NCBI GenBank assembly: GCA_963850905.1
Contig: CAWKMU010000003.1
Coordinates: forward strand, 1,984,001 to 2,048,000
Direction of reading: 5' to 3'
Length of the DNA: 64,000 nt
DNA from: an uncultured Gemmatimonadales bacterium
Lineage (GTDB): Bacteria; Gemmatimonadota; Gemmatimonadetes; Gemmatimonadales; Gemmatimonadaceae
The position numbers and the translations under genes are program-made. The notes under the pieces are model-generated. The model worked only from the letters and a program-made list of their open reading frames with translations. It ran no database searches and had not been told where the DNA came from. The stretch's first letter is position 1. Each line of letters opens with the position of its first letter. Positions 28,929 to 37,245 of this stretch are shown here, in pieces.

Positions 28929-29735
28929 TCAGTTCGCCTTTTCTAGCTTGAGCTTGATGTTGACGAAGTTGTATGGCGGCCATGGCCCCGTGTACTTGAA
29001 CGTCAGCAAGTCCTCATAGCGACGACTGACCTCGCGCACCTTCTCGTCAAAATCCCGCTCCTCGGCTCGATCGACGAGGAAGGCCGCGTTCATGATCATG
29101 CGGTCACCGATCGGCTTGTTGCTCCGGCTCGCGACGGCTAGCGACTTGAGGCCATCGTGGATGTCGGCGACATAGCGGTTGCCCATCTCTTCGAGCGCGC
29201 TCTCGACCAGGCGCCCAAGCTGCATCCGTGCGAAATAAGTCGACGAGGCGGCGTTGCGCGTAATCTCGTCCTTCAGCCGCCGAATCTCGTCGTTTTCGCG
29301 TTCGATGTTCGCGACGACCTTGTCGCGATCCCACAACACCTTGACCCCGAACTCGATCTTGTCCTGCATCTTCTCGAGCACATCACTGAATGCCTGGTAC
29401 GTCGATCGCAGCAGCTCAGAGACGTCATTTTCCGAACGGAACACCGTTCCGAAGGACATTGGGATGACCGTGAACTCTCGCATGACCATCTCGTTCACGA
29501 ACTCATGCGCGAGGACATTGTCACGCGTGGGATCGTAGATCACGATCGGTGTGTCGCTCACCACCGCTGCCAGGTCGTTGAACGGCACTGTATAAACGCG
29601 GGTGCCTCCGCCGATCCCGATCTGGCCGAACTCGCGCGGGCGGTCCAGCTGAATGATGCAGTACACGTATTTCCCGCCCTCAACGGCAACGGTCAGAGGT
29701 GCGGTCGGACTTGGTTCGGCGACCGGAAGCGTCAT
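28929..29735 (-). CDS. gvpF: Gas vesicle protein GvpF
   Basis: KYVYCII, LAAVVSD, LAHEFV, TVIPMSFGTVF, IEFGVKV, MNAAFLVD, YTGPWPPYNFVNIKL. Confidence 0.9.
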   Translation of the reverse strand: MTLPVAEPSPTAPLTVAVEGGKYVYCIIQLDRPREFGQIGIGGGTRVYTVPFNDLAAVVSDTPIVIYDPTRDNVLAHEFVNEMVMREFTVIPMSFGTVFRSENDVSELLRSTYQAFSDVLEKMQDKIEFGVKVLWDRDKVVANIERENDEIRRLKDEITRNAASSTYFARMQLGRLVESALEEMGNRYVADIHDGLKSLAVASRSNKPIGDRMIMNAAFLVDRAEERDFDEKVREVSRRYEDLLTFKYTGPWPPYNFVNIKLKLEKAN

Positions 29736-29765
29736 GCGTGTGACCTCGAGGTACAAGGGCCCTGG

Positions 29766-31754
29766 TCACGACGCGGTGGTGCGCGCCGTGCCCCGCTTTG
29801 GATATTCAGTGCCGGAATCAGCTCTCGCAAGACCCTCGCCGCTCTCCTGCTCTTCGATTTCCCGGTCGTGGTCCAAAAGGTCCCTAATTCGGTGCGCCGC
29901 ACCGAGATGGAAGGCGACACTGGTCACGACAATCCGGGGGCGAAACAAGAAGGCCGTCCGGATGTAGAGCGCGGTCTTGTTGTGGAGCAGGTGTTCCCAC
30001 CAGTGCTTCGGCACGATCTCCGGGACCACGACGGTTACCAGATCGCCGGGACCGGCGTTCTCCAGTGCAGTCACGTAGTCCACCAGAGGCCTGATGAGCG
30101 ATCGGTAGGGCGAGGGGAGTACGGTCAGGTCGACGCCGGTGTCCCAGGCGTCCCACTCGAGCTTGAGGGCTGCGGTCTTCTCGGGTTCGACTTCCACGTA
30201 AACGGCGCGCACGTCGTCTGAGATGGCCGTGGCGTAAATGAGCGCGTTCGCCACCGCCTTATGCACGCCAGAGACGGGCACGACCACGAGGTGATGCATC
30301 CCCAGCATCTCCGTCCTGCCATCCAGCTGGATCTCTCGGGCGAAGTGTACGTAGTGCCGTCGGATGCTACGCAGAAGTAGGATGAACAAGGGAATGATCA
30401 CGACGACGATCCACGCGCCATGCGTGAACTTCGTAAAGATCTGGATTACGGTCACGACGCCGGTGGCGACCGCGCCGATCCCGTTGAGCAGTGCCTTCCA
30501 GCGCCAGCCCGTTGCCCGGGTCTTGAGCCAGCGACGCACCATGCCGGCCTGCGAGAGGGTGAAACAGAGGAAGACACCGATGGCGTATAGGGGAATGAGT
30601 GCCGTGGTGTCGCCATGGAAGGCCCAGACCAGCAGCATTGCGACCACTGCGAGCGCGACAATGCCGTTCGAGAACGCGAGCCGGTCGCCGCGGGCCGAGA
30701 GTTGCCGCGGGAGATAGCGCTGATTGGCGAGGATGCTGCCCAGGCGGGGGAAGTCCGCGAAGGACGTATTGGCGGCGAGCACGAGCACCGCGAAGGTCGA
30801 GTACTGCAGCGCGAAGTACAGGGGACTCGTGCCGAAGATTCGGTGTCCCAGTTGGGACAACACGGTCTCGCCGGCGACGGGCAGGATGCGCATGTGCTGG
30901 GTGAGAAAGCTGATCCCCAGGAAAAACACGCCCAGGATCGTGGCCATCCAAGCGAGCGTCGCGGCGGCGTTGCGCGAGCTCGGTCGCTTGAAGGCGCCGA
31001 CGCCGTTGGAGATCGCTTCGGTGCCCGTCATGGCAACGCATCCGCCTGAGAAGGCGCGGAGCAGGAGATAGGTGAAGGCGAAGCCCGAGGGGAAACTGGC
31101 CGCCGCCACCACGGCCGGCGCAGCGACCGGCGTGGTCGTCGCGGACGCGATCAGCGGATGTCCGAGGAAGAATTGCGTGCACCCCGTCGCGATGAGGGCG
31201 AGCATGGCGACGATGAAGGCGTAAGTCGGCACGCTGAATGCGGCACCCGATTCCCGCACGCCGCGCAGGTTCACGAGCATGAGGACCACGATGGCGCCTA
31301 CGCAGAGCGGGACTGTTCGCGGCGCCAACGACGGGTAGGCGGACGTGATGGCCGCAACGCCGCTCGAAATGGAGACCGATACCGTGAGGATGTAGTCGGT
31401 GAGCAGCGCGGCCGCCGCGACCAAGCCGGGCATGACACCCAGGTTCTGGTAGGCGACGGTAAAGGATCCGCCGCCACCCGGGTATGCGAAAATGGTTTGT
31501 CGGTAGGAAAGCGCGACGAGGGCGAGCAGGCCGACGATGACGGCCGAGATTGGAAAGACGTGGGTCAGTGCGGCGGCGCCGAGCGGCGCGAGCACGTACA
31601 AGATCTCATCCGTGGCGTATGCGACAGACGAGATCGCGTCGGATGAGAGAACAGCCAACGCGGTGGTCTTGGTGAGTCGCTCAGTCTCGAGCCGTTCCGT
31701 CGCAAGCGGCCGTCCGACCAACAGGCGCTTGGCACGTCTAAGAGGGTTGGCCAT
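29766..31754 (-). CDS. APC-family transporter, KimA/YdaO-like K+ importer
   Basis: KRLLVGRPL...ALAVLSSDAISSVAY, SYRQTI.AYPGGGG, DYILTV, TGTEAISNGV, ANTSFADFPRL, LIPLYAIGVF, SPYRS, WWEHLLHN. Confidence 0.88.
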   Translation of the reverse strand: MANPLRRAKRLLVGRPLATERLETERLTKTTALAVLSSDAISSVAYATDEILYVLAPLGAAALTHVFPISAVIVGLLALVALSYRQTIFAYPGGGGSFTVAYQNLGVMPGLVAAAALLTDYILTVSVSISSGVAAITSAYPSLAPRTVPLCVGAIVVLMLVNLRGVRESGAAFSVPTYAFIVAMLALIATGCTQFFLGHPLIASATTTPVAAPAVVAAASFPSGFAFTYLLLRAFSGGCVAMTGTEAISNGVGAFKRPSSRNAAATLAWMATILGVFFLGISFLTQHMRILPVAGETVLSQLGHRIFGTSPLYFALQYSTFAVLVLAANTSFADFPRLGSILANQRYLPRQLSARGDRLAFSNGIVALAVVAMLLVWAFHGDTTALIPLYAIGVFLCFTLSQAGMVRRWLKTRATGWRWKALLNGIGAVATGVVTVIQIFTKFTHGAWIVVVIIPLFILLLRSIRRHYVHFAREIQLDGRTEMLGMHHLVVVPVSGVHKAVANALIYATAISDDVRAVYVEVEPEKTAALKLEWDAWDTGVDLTVLPSPYRSLIRPLVDYVTALENAGPGDLVTVVVPEIVPKHWWEHLLHNKTALYIRTAFLFRPRIVVTSVAFHLGAAHRIRDLLDHDREIEEQESGEGLARADSGTEYPKRGTARTTAS

Positions 31755-31911
31755 CGCGTGATCGGCGTAAGATGCGCGGAGAGTAGCCCTCGCGGCAGCG
31801 GTCCGTTGGATTATTGGCGGGCCGCCAGCAGCGTGTAGCCGGAAGAAGACGTTTCGGGGGGTGGTTGGTTGCTAGATTGGTCGCGGGGCCCGAGAGGAGT
31901 CACACCGGCGT

Positions 31912-32877
31912 ATGGCAACGAGAGTAGTCGACCGGGAAGGCCAGGCGAGCCAGCCTGGACAATTCGAAGGCCGAGGGCGGGGTGAGGCAACGCCCTCCTC
32001 TCCGCTTTCCTCGGCTGCTGTTGAGGCCGCTGTATTGGCGCCGGAGACGCTCGAAGGTTGGTACGCGGTCCACCAAGTCTGGCGAGTCCATCGCGGCGCC
32101 ATTCGACGCCTGAGCTCGGTTCAGCGTCGAGAGGTAGCAGTCGAGGCTGCGGCGGTGTGGAACGAATTGGCCGCCGGCGCCAGGGGCGAGGTGGTTGCGG
32201 ATCCCGAGACTGGGCGTGGTTGGAGCGCGGTGGCCGAGCTCGTTGGGTCGCGGGGCGACGTCATGGTGATGCACTTCAGGCCGACGTTGGATGACGTGGG
32301 CGAAGCCGAGCGTCGATTCGCGGGGACGCGGCTATTGGAGTGTCTCGAGCCAGTCACGACGTTCCTCAGCGTGACCGAGGCCGGTCTGTACCACATCACG
32401 GCGGCGATCGCGGCGGCGCGACGCGCGGCCGGGGGCGAACCGGGCGATGCCGCCTACCGCGAAGAGGTTGCCGCGCGGGCCGCGGCGGAACGTCGGAACC
32501 CTCATGTGGCGCGTCGGCTGTATCCCGCGCTACCCGCGGACATGCCGTACGTCTGCTTCTATCCGATGTCCAAGCGACGCGCGGTCGGCCAGAACTGGTA
32601 CGCGTTGACGTTGGAAGAGCGGAGTCGTTTGATGCAGGCTCACGGCGCGACGGGCCGCCGGTACGCGGGGCGCGTGCAACAAGTGATCACCGGGGCGATC
32701 GGACTCGATGCGTGGGAGTGGGGCGTCACGCTCTTTGCCCGAGACCCACTGGACGTGAAGCGACTCGTGACGGATATGCGCTTCGATGAAGTCAGTGCGC
32801 AGTACGCGGAGTTCGGGCAGTTCTACTTCGGGCGGTTGATCGACATGAGTCCGTGGCTGGCCCGCACATTCGCGTAG
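31912..32877 (+). CDS. hemQ: Coproheme decarboxylase HemQ/ChdC (chlorite dismutase family); start uncertain
   Basis: TLEGWY, FYPMSKRR, NWY.L..EER..LM..HG..GR.YAG.V.Q, GLDAWEWGVTLF, MRFDEVSA.Y.EFG.F. Confidence 0.82.
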   Translation: MATRVVDREGQASQPGQFEGRGRGEATPSSPLSSAAVEAAVLAPETLEGWYAVHQVWRVHRGAIRRLSSVQRREVAVEAAAVWNELAAGARGEVVADPETGRGWSAVAELVGSRGDVMVMHFRPTLDDVGEAERRFAGTRLLECLEPVTTFLSVTEAGLYHITAAIAAARRAAGGEPGDAAYREEVAARAAAERRNPHVARRLYPALPADMPYVCFYPMSKRRAVGQNWYALTLEERSRLMQAHGATGRRYAGRVQQVITGAIGLDAWEWGVTLFARDPLDVKRLVTDMRFDEVSAQYAEFGQFYFGRLIDMSPWLARTFA

Positions 32878-32964
32878 AATCCCTGGGGCGGTCGCGACCC
32901 TCTTCGACTCTCGAACGTCTGACGTGATCTCGTCGCTGCGTTGGCGGGGGTCGGCTGTGGGTAT

Positions 32965-33014
32965 GTACTTTGTGGCACAAAGTACTTGACACTACGGTGT
33001 CCTTGGTGCATCAT
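32965..33014 (+). promoter_or_regulatory. Palindromic operator abutting a sigma70-like promoter
   Basis: GTACTTTGTG-g-CACAAAGTAC (32965-32985) directly followed by TTGACA (32986-32991), N17, CATCAT (33009-33014). Confidence 0.65.
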
Positions 33015-33023
33015 GGGGCGGGT

Positions 33024-34661
33024 ATGCACGGAGGCCCGATGGACGGGGAGGTTGCGGGGTCGGCAGACGTGTCGGGGACGGGCCACGTGCCGGAGCGGAC
33101 GGCCGCGCCGCAGCGCCGGGGAGATGTCGTTCCGTGGGGGCTGGGGCTCCTGCTGGCCGCGGTCGGCACCATCACGTGCTATGAGGCGGCGCCCGGGATC
33201 AACTGGGCGATCTGGACGACGCTGGCCGCCGGCGGATTCCTGTGGGTGACCTGGCGGCGCGCGGCCCGCTCGGACGGATCGGCACCCGTCGATCGCGTGG
33301 TAGTCTGGACGGCGCTCACGGCGATCGTCGTGGCGTGGGGAGTCGCCGTCACGAGCAACGACTTCGCGCACTTCCTCATCCTCGTGTCCTGCGTCGCGCT
33401 GCTCGCCATCGCGACTCGCGTGTCGGCCGGCGTGCCGGGTGACGACGTGGGCGCGGCCACGGTGCTGGCGGCCCCGATCACGGCATTCGGAACCGTGACG
33501 GTCGAGGCGGGGCGACGGGCTATCACGGCCCTCGCGAGCGCCCGCGACGAGCGGCGCGTGGCAGTCGTGCGTGGGGCGATGCTGGCACTGCCAGTCGCGG
33601 GGCTGTTCGCGCTGGTGCTCGCGGGCGCTGACCCAACGCTGAGCGCGTGGCTCGGGCAGCTGTGGGACAGCCTCGCGCAGTTGATCGGCCGCGCGGCGTT
33701 CTTCCTCGGACTTGGCACGGTCGCGCTTGGCGCGTACGGCATCGCGGCCCGAGCGGCGGATCCGCGGCGGGGTTTTCGCTCGCCGATGCCGCGTCCGCGA
33801 GTCGGCGACACGGAGCGCCGCGTCATTGTCGGCGCGGTCGCGGGCGTCTTCGGCGGGTTTCTCGCTTTGCAGCCCACCTACCTCTTTCGCGACATGAACG
33901 CGCTGCGTGTGAGCGACATGACGTACGCGGAGTACGCGCACCGCGGGTTTGCCGAGCTCACGATTGCCGCGACGCTGGCGGTGGGGCTCGTCCTCGCGCT
34001 GGATCGATACACGGGCGCCGCCGACGGAGCCGCTGCCGGACCGGCGGCCAGCCGGTGGCGGCACTGGGGGACGCTGCTGCTCATCGGCGAGGTATTGATC
34101 GTGCTGGTGTCCGCGTTCCACCGCCTCACGATCTACGAGGCCGCATACGGCTACACCATGTGGCGGCTGTACGTACAGGCATACGAGATCGGCATTGCGA
34201 TCACGCTCGTGATCCTGGCCATCGAGGTCGCACGCCCCAACGGGCACTTCGATGCGCGGCGAGCTGCGCGTCGCGCCGGACTCGTCGCGATCGCCTTCCT
34301 GCTCCTCCGCTCATTTGCGAATCCGGAGGCGTGGATCGTTCGGAAGAATGTCGAGCAGTACCGGGAGACGAACAAGCTGGACACCTATTATCTCGCCTCG
34401 CTGTCGCTCGACGCGGCGCCCGCGCTCATGCTGGCGATGTCGACCCTGCCGCCCACCTGCGCGGGGCACGTCAAGCAGGACGCCGGGATCGGATACGCAC
34501 GGGACCTGAAGCACGCGGCGCGAACGCGCTGGTTCGAATGGAATCTCCGCCGTGAGCAGGGGCTTGGCGCGCTACGAGCCGCCGGCGTCGTGCCGCCCAC
34601 GCGCTCGGATACGACGATCATGGGCGGGTGTTACCCGGGGATGCGGGCGGTGCTGCGATGA
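33024..34661 (+). CDS. DUF4153/DUF4173-family membrane protein
   Basis: Many TM segments; LAGADP, TYAEYAHRGFAEL, RL.IYE.AYG.T..RL, D..YLASLS.DA.P, WFEWNL. Confidence 0.75.
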   Translation: MHGGPMDGEVAGSADVSGTGHVPERTAAPQRRGDVVPWGLGLLLAAVGTITCYEAAPGINWAIWTTLAAGGFLWVTWRRAARSDGSAPVDRVVVWTALTAIVVAWGVAVTSNDFAHFLILVSCVALLAIATRVSAGVPGDDVGAATVLAAPITAFGTVTVEAGRRAITALASARDERRVAVVRGAMLALPVAGLFALVLAGADPTLSAWLGQLWDSLAQLIGRAAFFLGLGTVALGAYGIAARAADPRRGFRSPMPRPRVGDTERRVIVGAVAGVFGGFLALQPTYLFRDMNALRVSDMTYAEYAHRGFAELTIAATLAVGLVLALDRYTGAADGAAAGPAASRWRHWGTLLLIGEVLIVLVSAFHRLTIYEAAYGYTMWRLYVQAYEIGIAITLVILAIEVARPNGHFDARRAARRAGLVAIAFLLLRSFANPEAWIVRKNVEQYRETNKLDTYYLASLSLDAAPALMLAMSTLPPTCAGHVKQDAGIGYARDLKHAARTRWFEWNLRREQGLGALRAAGVVPPTRSDTTIMGGCYPGMRAVLR

Positions 34662-34808
34662 AGCACGGGCGGTCGGGCGATGATCGATCGCGTCCGTCCT
34701 CCGCGAGCGTCGTCACGCCGCGCATGTAGCCGTCAGGCCCGTCGCCTGGCCACCGTGATCGGCAGCGAGCGGTTGACAGCCGATGGCGCGCGAACGATCT
34801 CTCACGCC

Positions 34809-35888
34809 ATGACTCCCATCGTAACACGCGCCTGGCGCGCGACTCGGCTCAGACACGGTGTCCTCGCGCCCTCGCTCGTGCTGGCGTTCGCGTTCCCGTC
34901 AGCACTTGCGCTGGCGCAGCAAGACCTCCGACCCGGTCCTCAGCCCGCCGCGGCCCCTGCTGAGTTGAAGGCACTCATCGGCGACTACGGCCCGGCGGCG
35001 GACACCAATCCGCTCATCGTACTCGAGCGCGACGGCGCTGTATTCGTGACGAGGAAGGGCGGCGGCGAGACGTACGAGCTTGCGCGGAGCGGACCGGATA
35101 CATACGCAGCCCGCGGAACCCCGACGCCCCTCACGCTCCGCGCTCGAGGAGCGAGCGGCGCAACGATTGAGTTCGGCCACGCCTCGCTGCCACGTCGGGA
35201 CTACGCTGCCGAAACGGGCAACTTCACGGTGCACCCAGCGCGCCCCGTCAGCGAGTTAAGGGCAGATGCGCTTCGCGCCACGGTGCCCGCCGAAGCGGGT
35301 CCGTTTCGGAAACCGGATCTCGTGGAAGTAGCGCAGCTGGATCCAGCCATCCATCTCGACGTCCGGTACGCATCGTCCAACAATTTCCTGCGGACGCCCG
35401 TCTACACGGAGGCTCGCGCCTTTCTCCAGCGTCCCGCGGCAGACGCGCTGGTCCGGGCACTCGACAAGCTCAAGCCACTCGGCTACGGGCTGTTGATCCA
35501 CGATGCGTACCGGCCGTGGTACGTGACGAAGATCTTCTGGGACGCCACGCCGCCAGAAGGGAAGATCTTCGTCGCGGACCCTGCACAGGGCTCCCGCCAC
35601 AACCGCGGCTGCGCGGTCGACCTAACGCTCTACGACCTCAAGACGGGCAAGCCGATCGAGATGCCGGGAACGTACGACGAGATGTCGCCTCGTTCATTTC
35701 CGACCTACCCAGGCGGCACCTCGCTCCAGCGCTGGCATCGAGACCTGCTGCGTGCGGTCATGGAGTCGGAAGGGTTCACTGTGTACGAGGCCGAGTGGTG
35801 GCACTTCGACTACAAGGACTGGAAGGAGTACCCGATCCTCAACATCCCGTTTGAGCGGCTCGAGGTCGGCGCAGTGCGTGGTGACTGA
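34809..35888 (+). CDS. D-Ala-D-Ala dipeptidase (M15D, VanX/DdpX-like) with signal peptide
   Basis: DVRYASSNNF, HDAYRP, SRHNRGCAVDLTL, EWWHFD. Confidence 0.88.
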   Translation: MTPIVTRAWRATRLRHGVLAPSLVLAFAFPSALALAQQDLRPGPQPAAAPAELKALIGDYGPAADTNPLIVLERDGAVFVTRKGGGETYELARSGPDTYAARGTPTPLTLRARGASGATIEFGHASLPRRDYAAETGNFTVHPARPVSELRADALRATVPAEAGPFRKPDLVEVAQLDPAIHLDVRYASSNNFLRTPVYTEARAFLQRPAADALVRALDKLKPLGYGLLIHDAYRPWYVTKIFWDATPPEGKIFVADPAQGSRHNRGCAVDLTLYDLKTGKPIEMPGTYDEMSPRSFPTYPGGTSLQRWHRDLLRAVMESEGFTVYEAEWWHFDYKDWKEYPILNIPFERLEVGAVRGD

Positions 35889-35964
35889 TCTCATTTGCCG
35901 GGAGCGCTCGAGAAGGTCCGCATCGCCGCGGCGACGCTGTCGGGTTGATTGACGAACAGGAGTG

Positions 35965-37122
35965 CTAGAGCTCCAGAAAATCCTGCATCTGCTGCAATGC
36001 CTCGTCCAGCGCCAGCCGAAAAGCGCTGCCGCGTGGCCGCGGGCCGGCAAAGCCCAACTCGTGCCGCAGCCGGCCATCGACCACCTTGAGATTGGCCCAG
36101 CCCAGCATTTGCTCGCCCCAGAGCATGGGCATCGCGTAATGGCCCATGCGGCGCTGGTGGGGAGGCACATAGGCTTCCAGCTTGTATTCCCAGCCCCAGA
36201 ACAACTGGAAACGCCGTCGGTCCCAGACCACGGGGTCGAAGGGCGCAAGGAAGCGCAGCCTGTCCTCAACCGGGTGCCGGGGTGCCCCGGGCTTTTCGCC
36301 GTGCGGCCAGAACCACAGCAAGCCGTCGACATCGGCATGGGCATAGCGGGATGTGGCGTGCTCTTGGACCTGGCGCGTCTCGGCGGCCAGATGCGGCACT
36401 CCATAGCGCAGCAGTCCAGACAGATAGCGCAGGCTGGCTGCCGGCAGCGGCGCGTAGAGCTCGACTGCCACGTCCAGCAACTGGCCGGCGCGCGCGAGGC
36501 GGGCTTCGGGACCGTCGTCCTGCGTTGGGTGCTCGATCGCCTGGTACACCCGGGTGCCGGCCTCGCGCCTTGCCACGCGCAGCAATCCGCGATAGTGCAG
36601 GCCTTCCAAGAGATGCCTGCTGACATTCAGGTCGCCGCCCCAGCGCTTGATGCGGCCATGGTCGAAATGCGCTTGGACGTCTTTGGGGTGGGTGCGACCA
36701 TGCTGGCGCACAAAGGCCAGCACCTCCTGGGCATGCGCCTGCATCTTGGCGTCCCAAGCGTCCCAGGCGCGCGGCGCGCCGCGCGGATGCAGCAGGGTCA
36801 GGGTCTCGCGAGGGACGAAACCGTAGTTCACGAAGAAGGCCTCTTCGATGGCCAGGCGCGGGTAGCGGCGTTCCAGCTCGCCGGCGCGATAGTCCTTCAC
36901 ACGCTGCGCGAGGATCAGATCCTGGGCGCGAGCGGGCGCACGCATCGGGTCGGCCTGGACAAAGCCCAGGCGCGCAATAGCCCGCGGCAGGCTGGTCGCC
37001 TTGAACAGGCTGCGCGCGATCGCGTGGCGGCGAAGCTGCCGGAGACTGGTGATTTTGAGAGGGCTCGTAGGGTTTCCGCCCTCGGTATCTGCGAGGTCGG
37101 CGATATGGGCTAGAAGTTCCAA
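35965..37122 (-). CDS. YcaQ/AlkZ-family (HTH_42) DNA crosslink glycosylase; start uncertain
   Basis: LGFVQADP (QxD), FLAPFDPVVWDR.R....GWEY.LEAYVP...R..G.YAMP.L.G. Confidence 0.82.
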   Translation of the reverse strand: MELLAHIADLADTEGGNPTSPLKITSLRQLRRHAIARSLFKATSLPRAIARLGFVQADPMRAPARAQDLILAQRVKDYRAGELERRYPRLAIEEAFFVNYGFVPRETLTLLHPRGAPRAWDAWDAKMQAHAQEVLAFVRQHGRTHPKDVQAHFDHGRIKRWGGDLNVSRHLLEGLHYRGLLRVARREAGTRVYQAIEHPTQDDGPEARLARAGQLLDVAVELYAPLPAASLRYLSGLLRYGVPHLAAETRQVQEHATSRYAHADVDGLLWFWPHGEKPGAPRHPVEDRLRFLAPFDPVVWDRRRFQLFWGWEYKLEAYVPPHQRRMGHYAMPMLWGEQMLGWANLKVVDGRLRHELGFAGPRPRGSAFRLALDEALQQMQDFLEL

Positions 37123-37245
37123 TAATGTCCGGAAGTTTGCGCAGGCTGCACTGCCTTTGCACGCTCGAGAGCGCGGAGATCATCTGCCTGTCTTACTGAC
37201 AGTGATCGGTATCGGAGGCCGCCGTCGTGCTGTATTTTCGGGGCC

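Noticed and set aside
20576..31900. Genomic island integrated at the tRNA
   Set aside because: No integrase, transposase or duplicated tRNA 3' end was seen in the window
31755..31911. c-di-AMP (ydaO) riboswitch upstream of the KimA-like gene
   Set aside because: No recognisable ydaO motif in the short intergenic region
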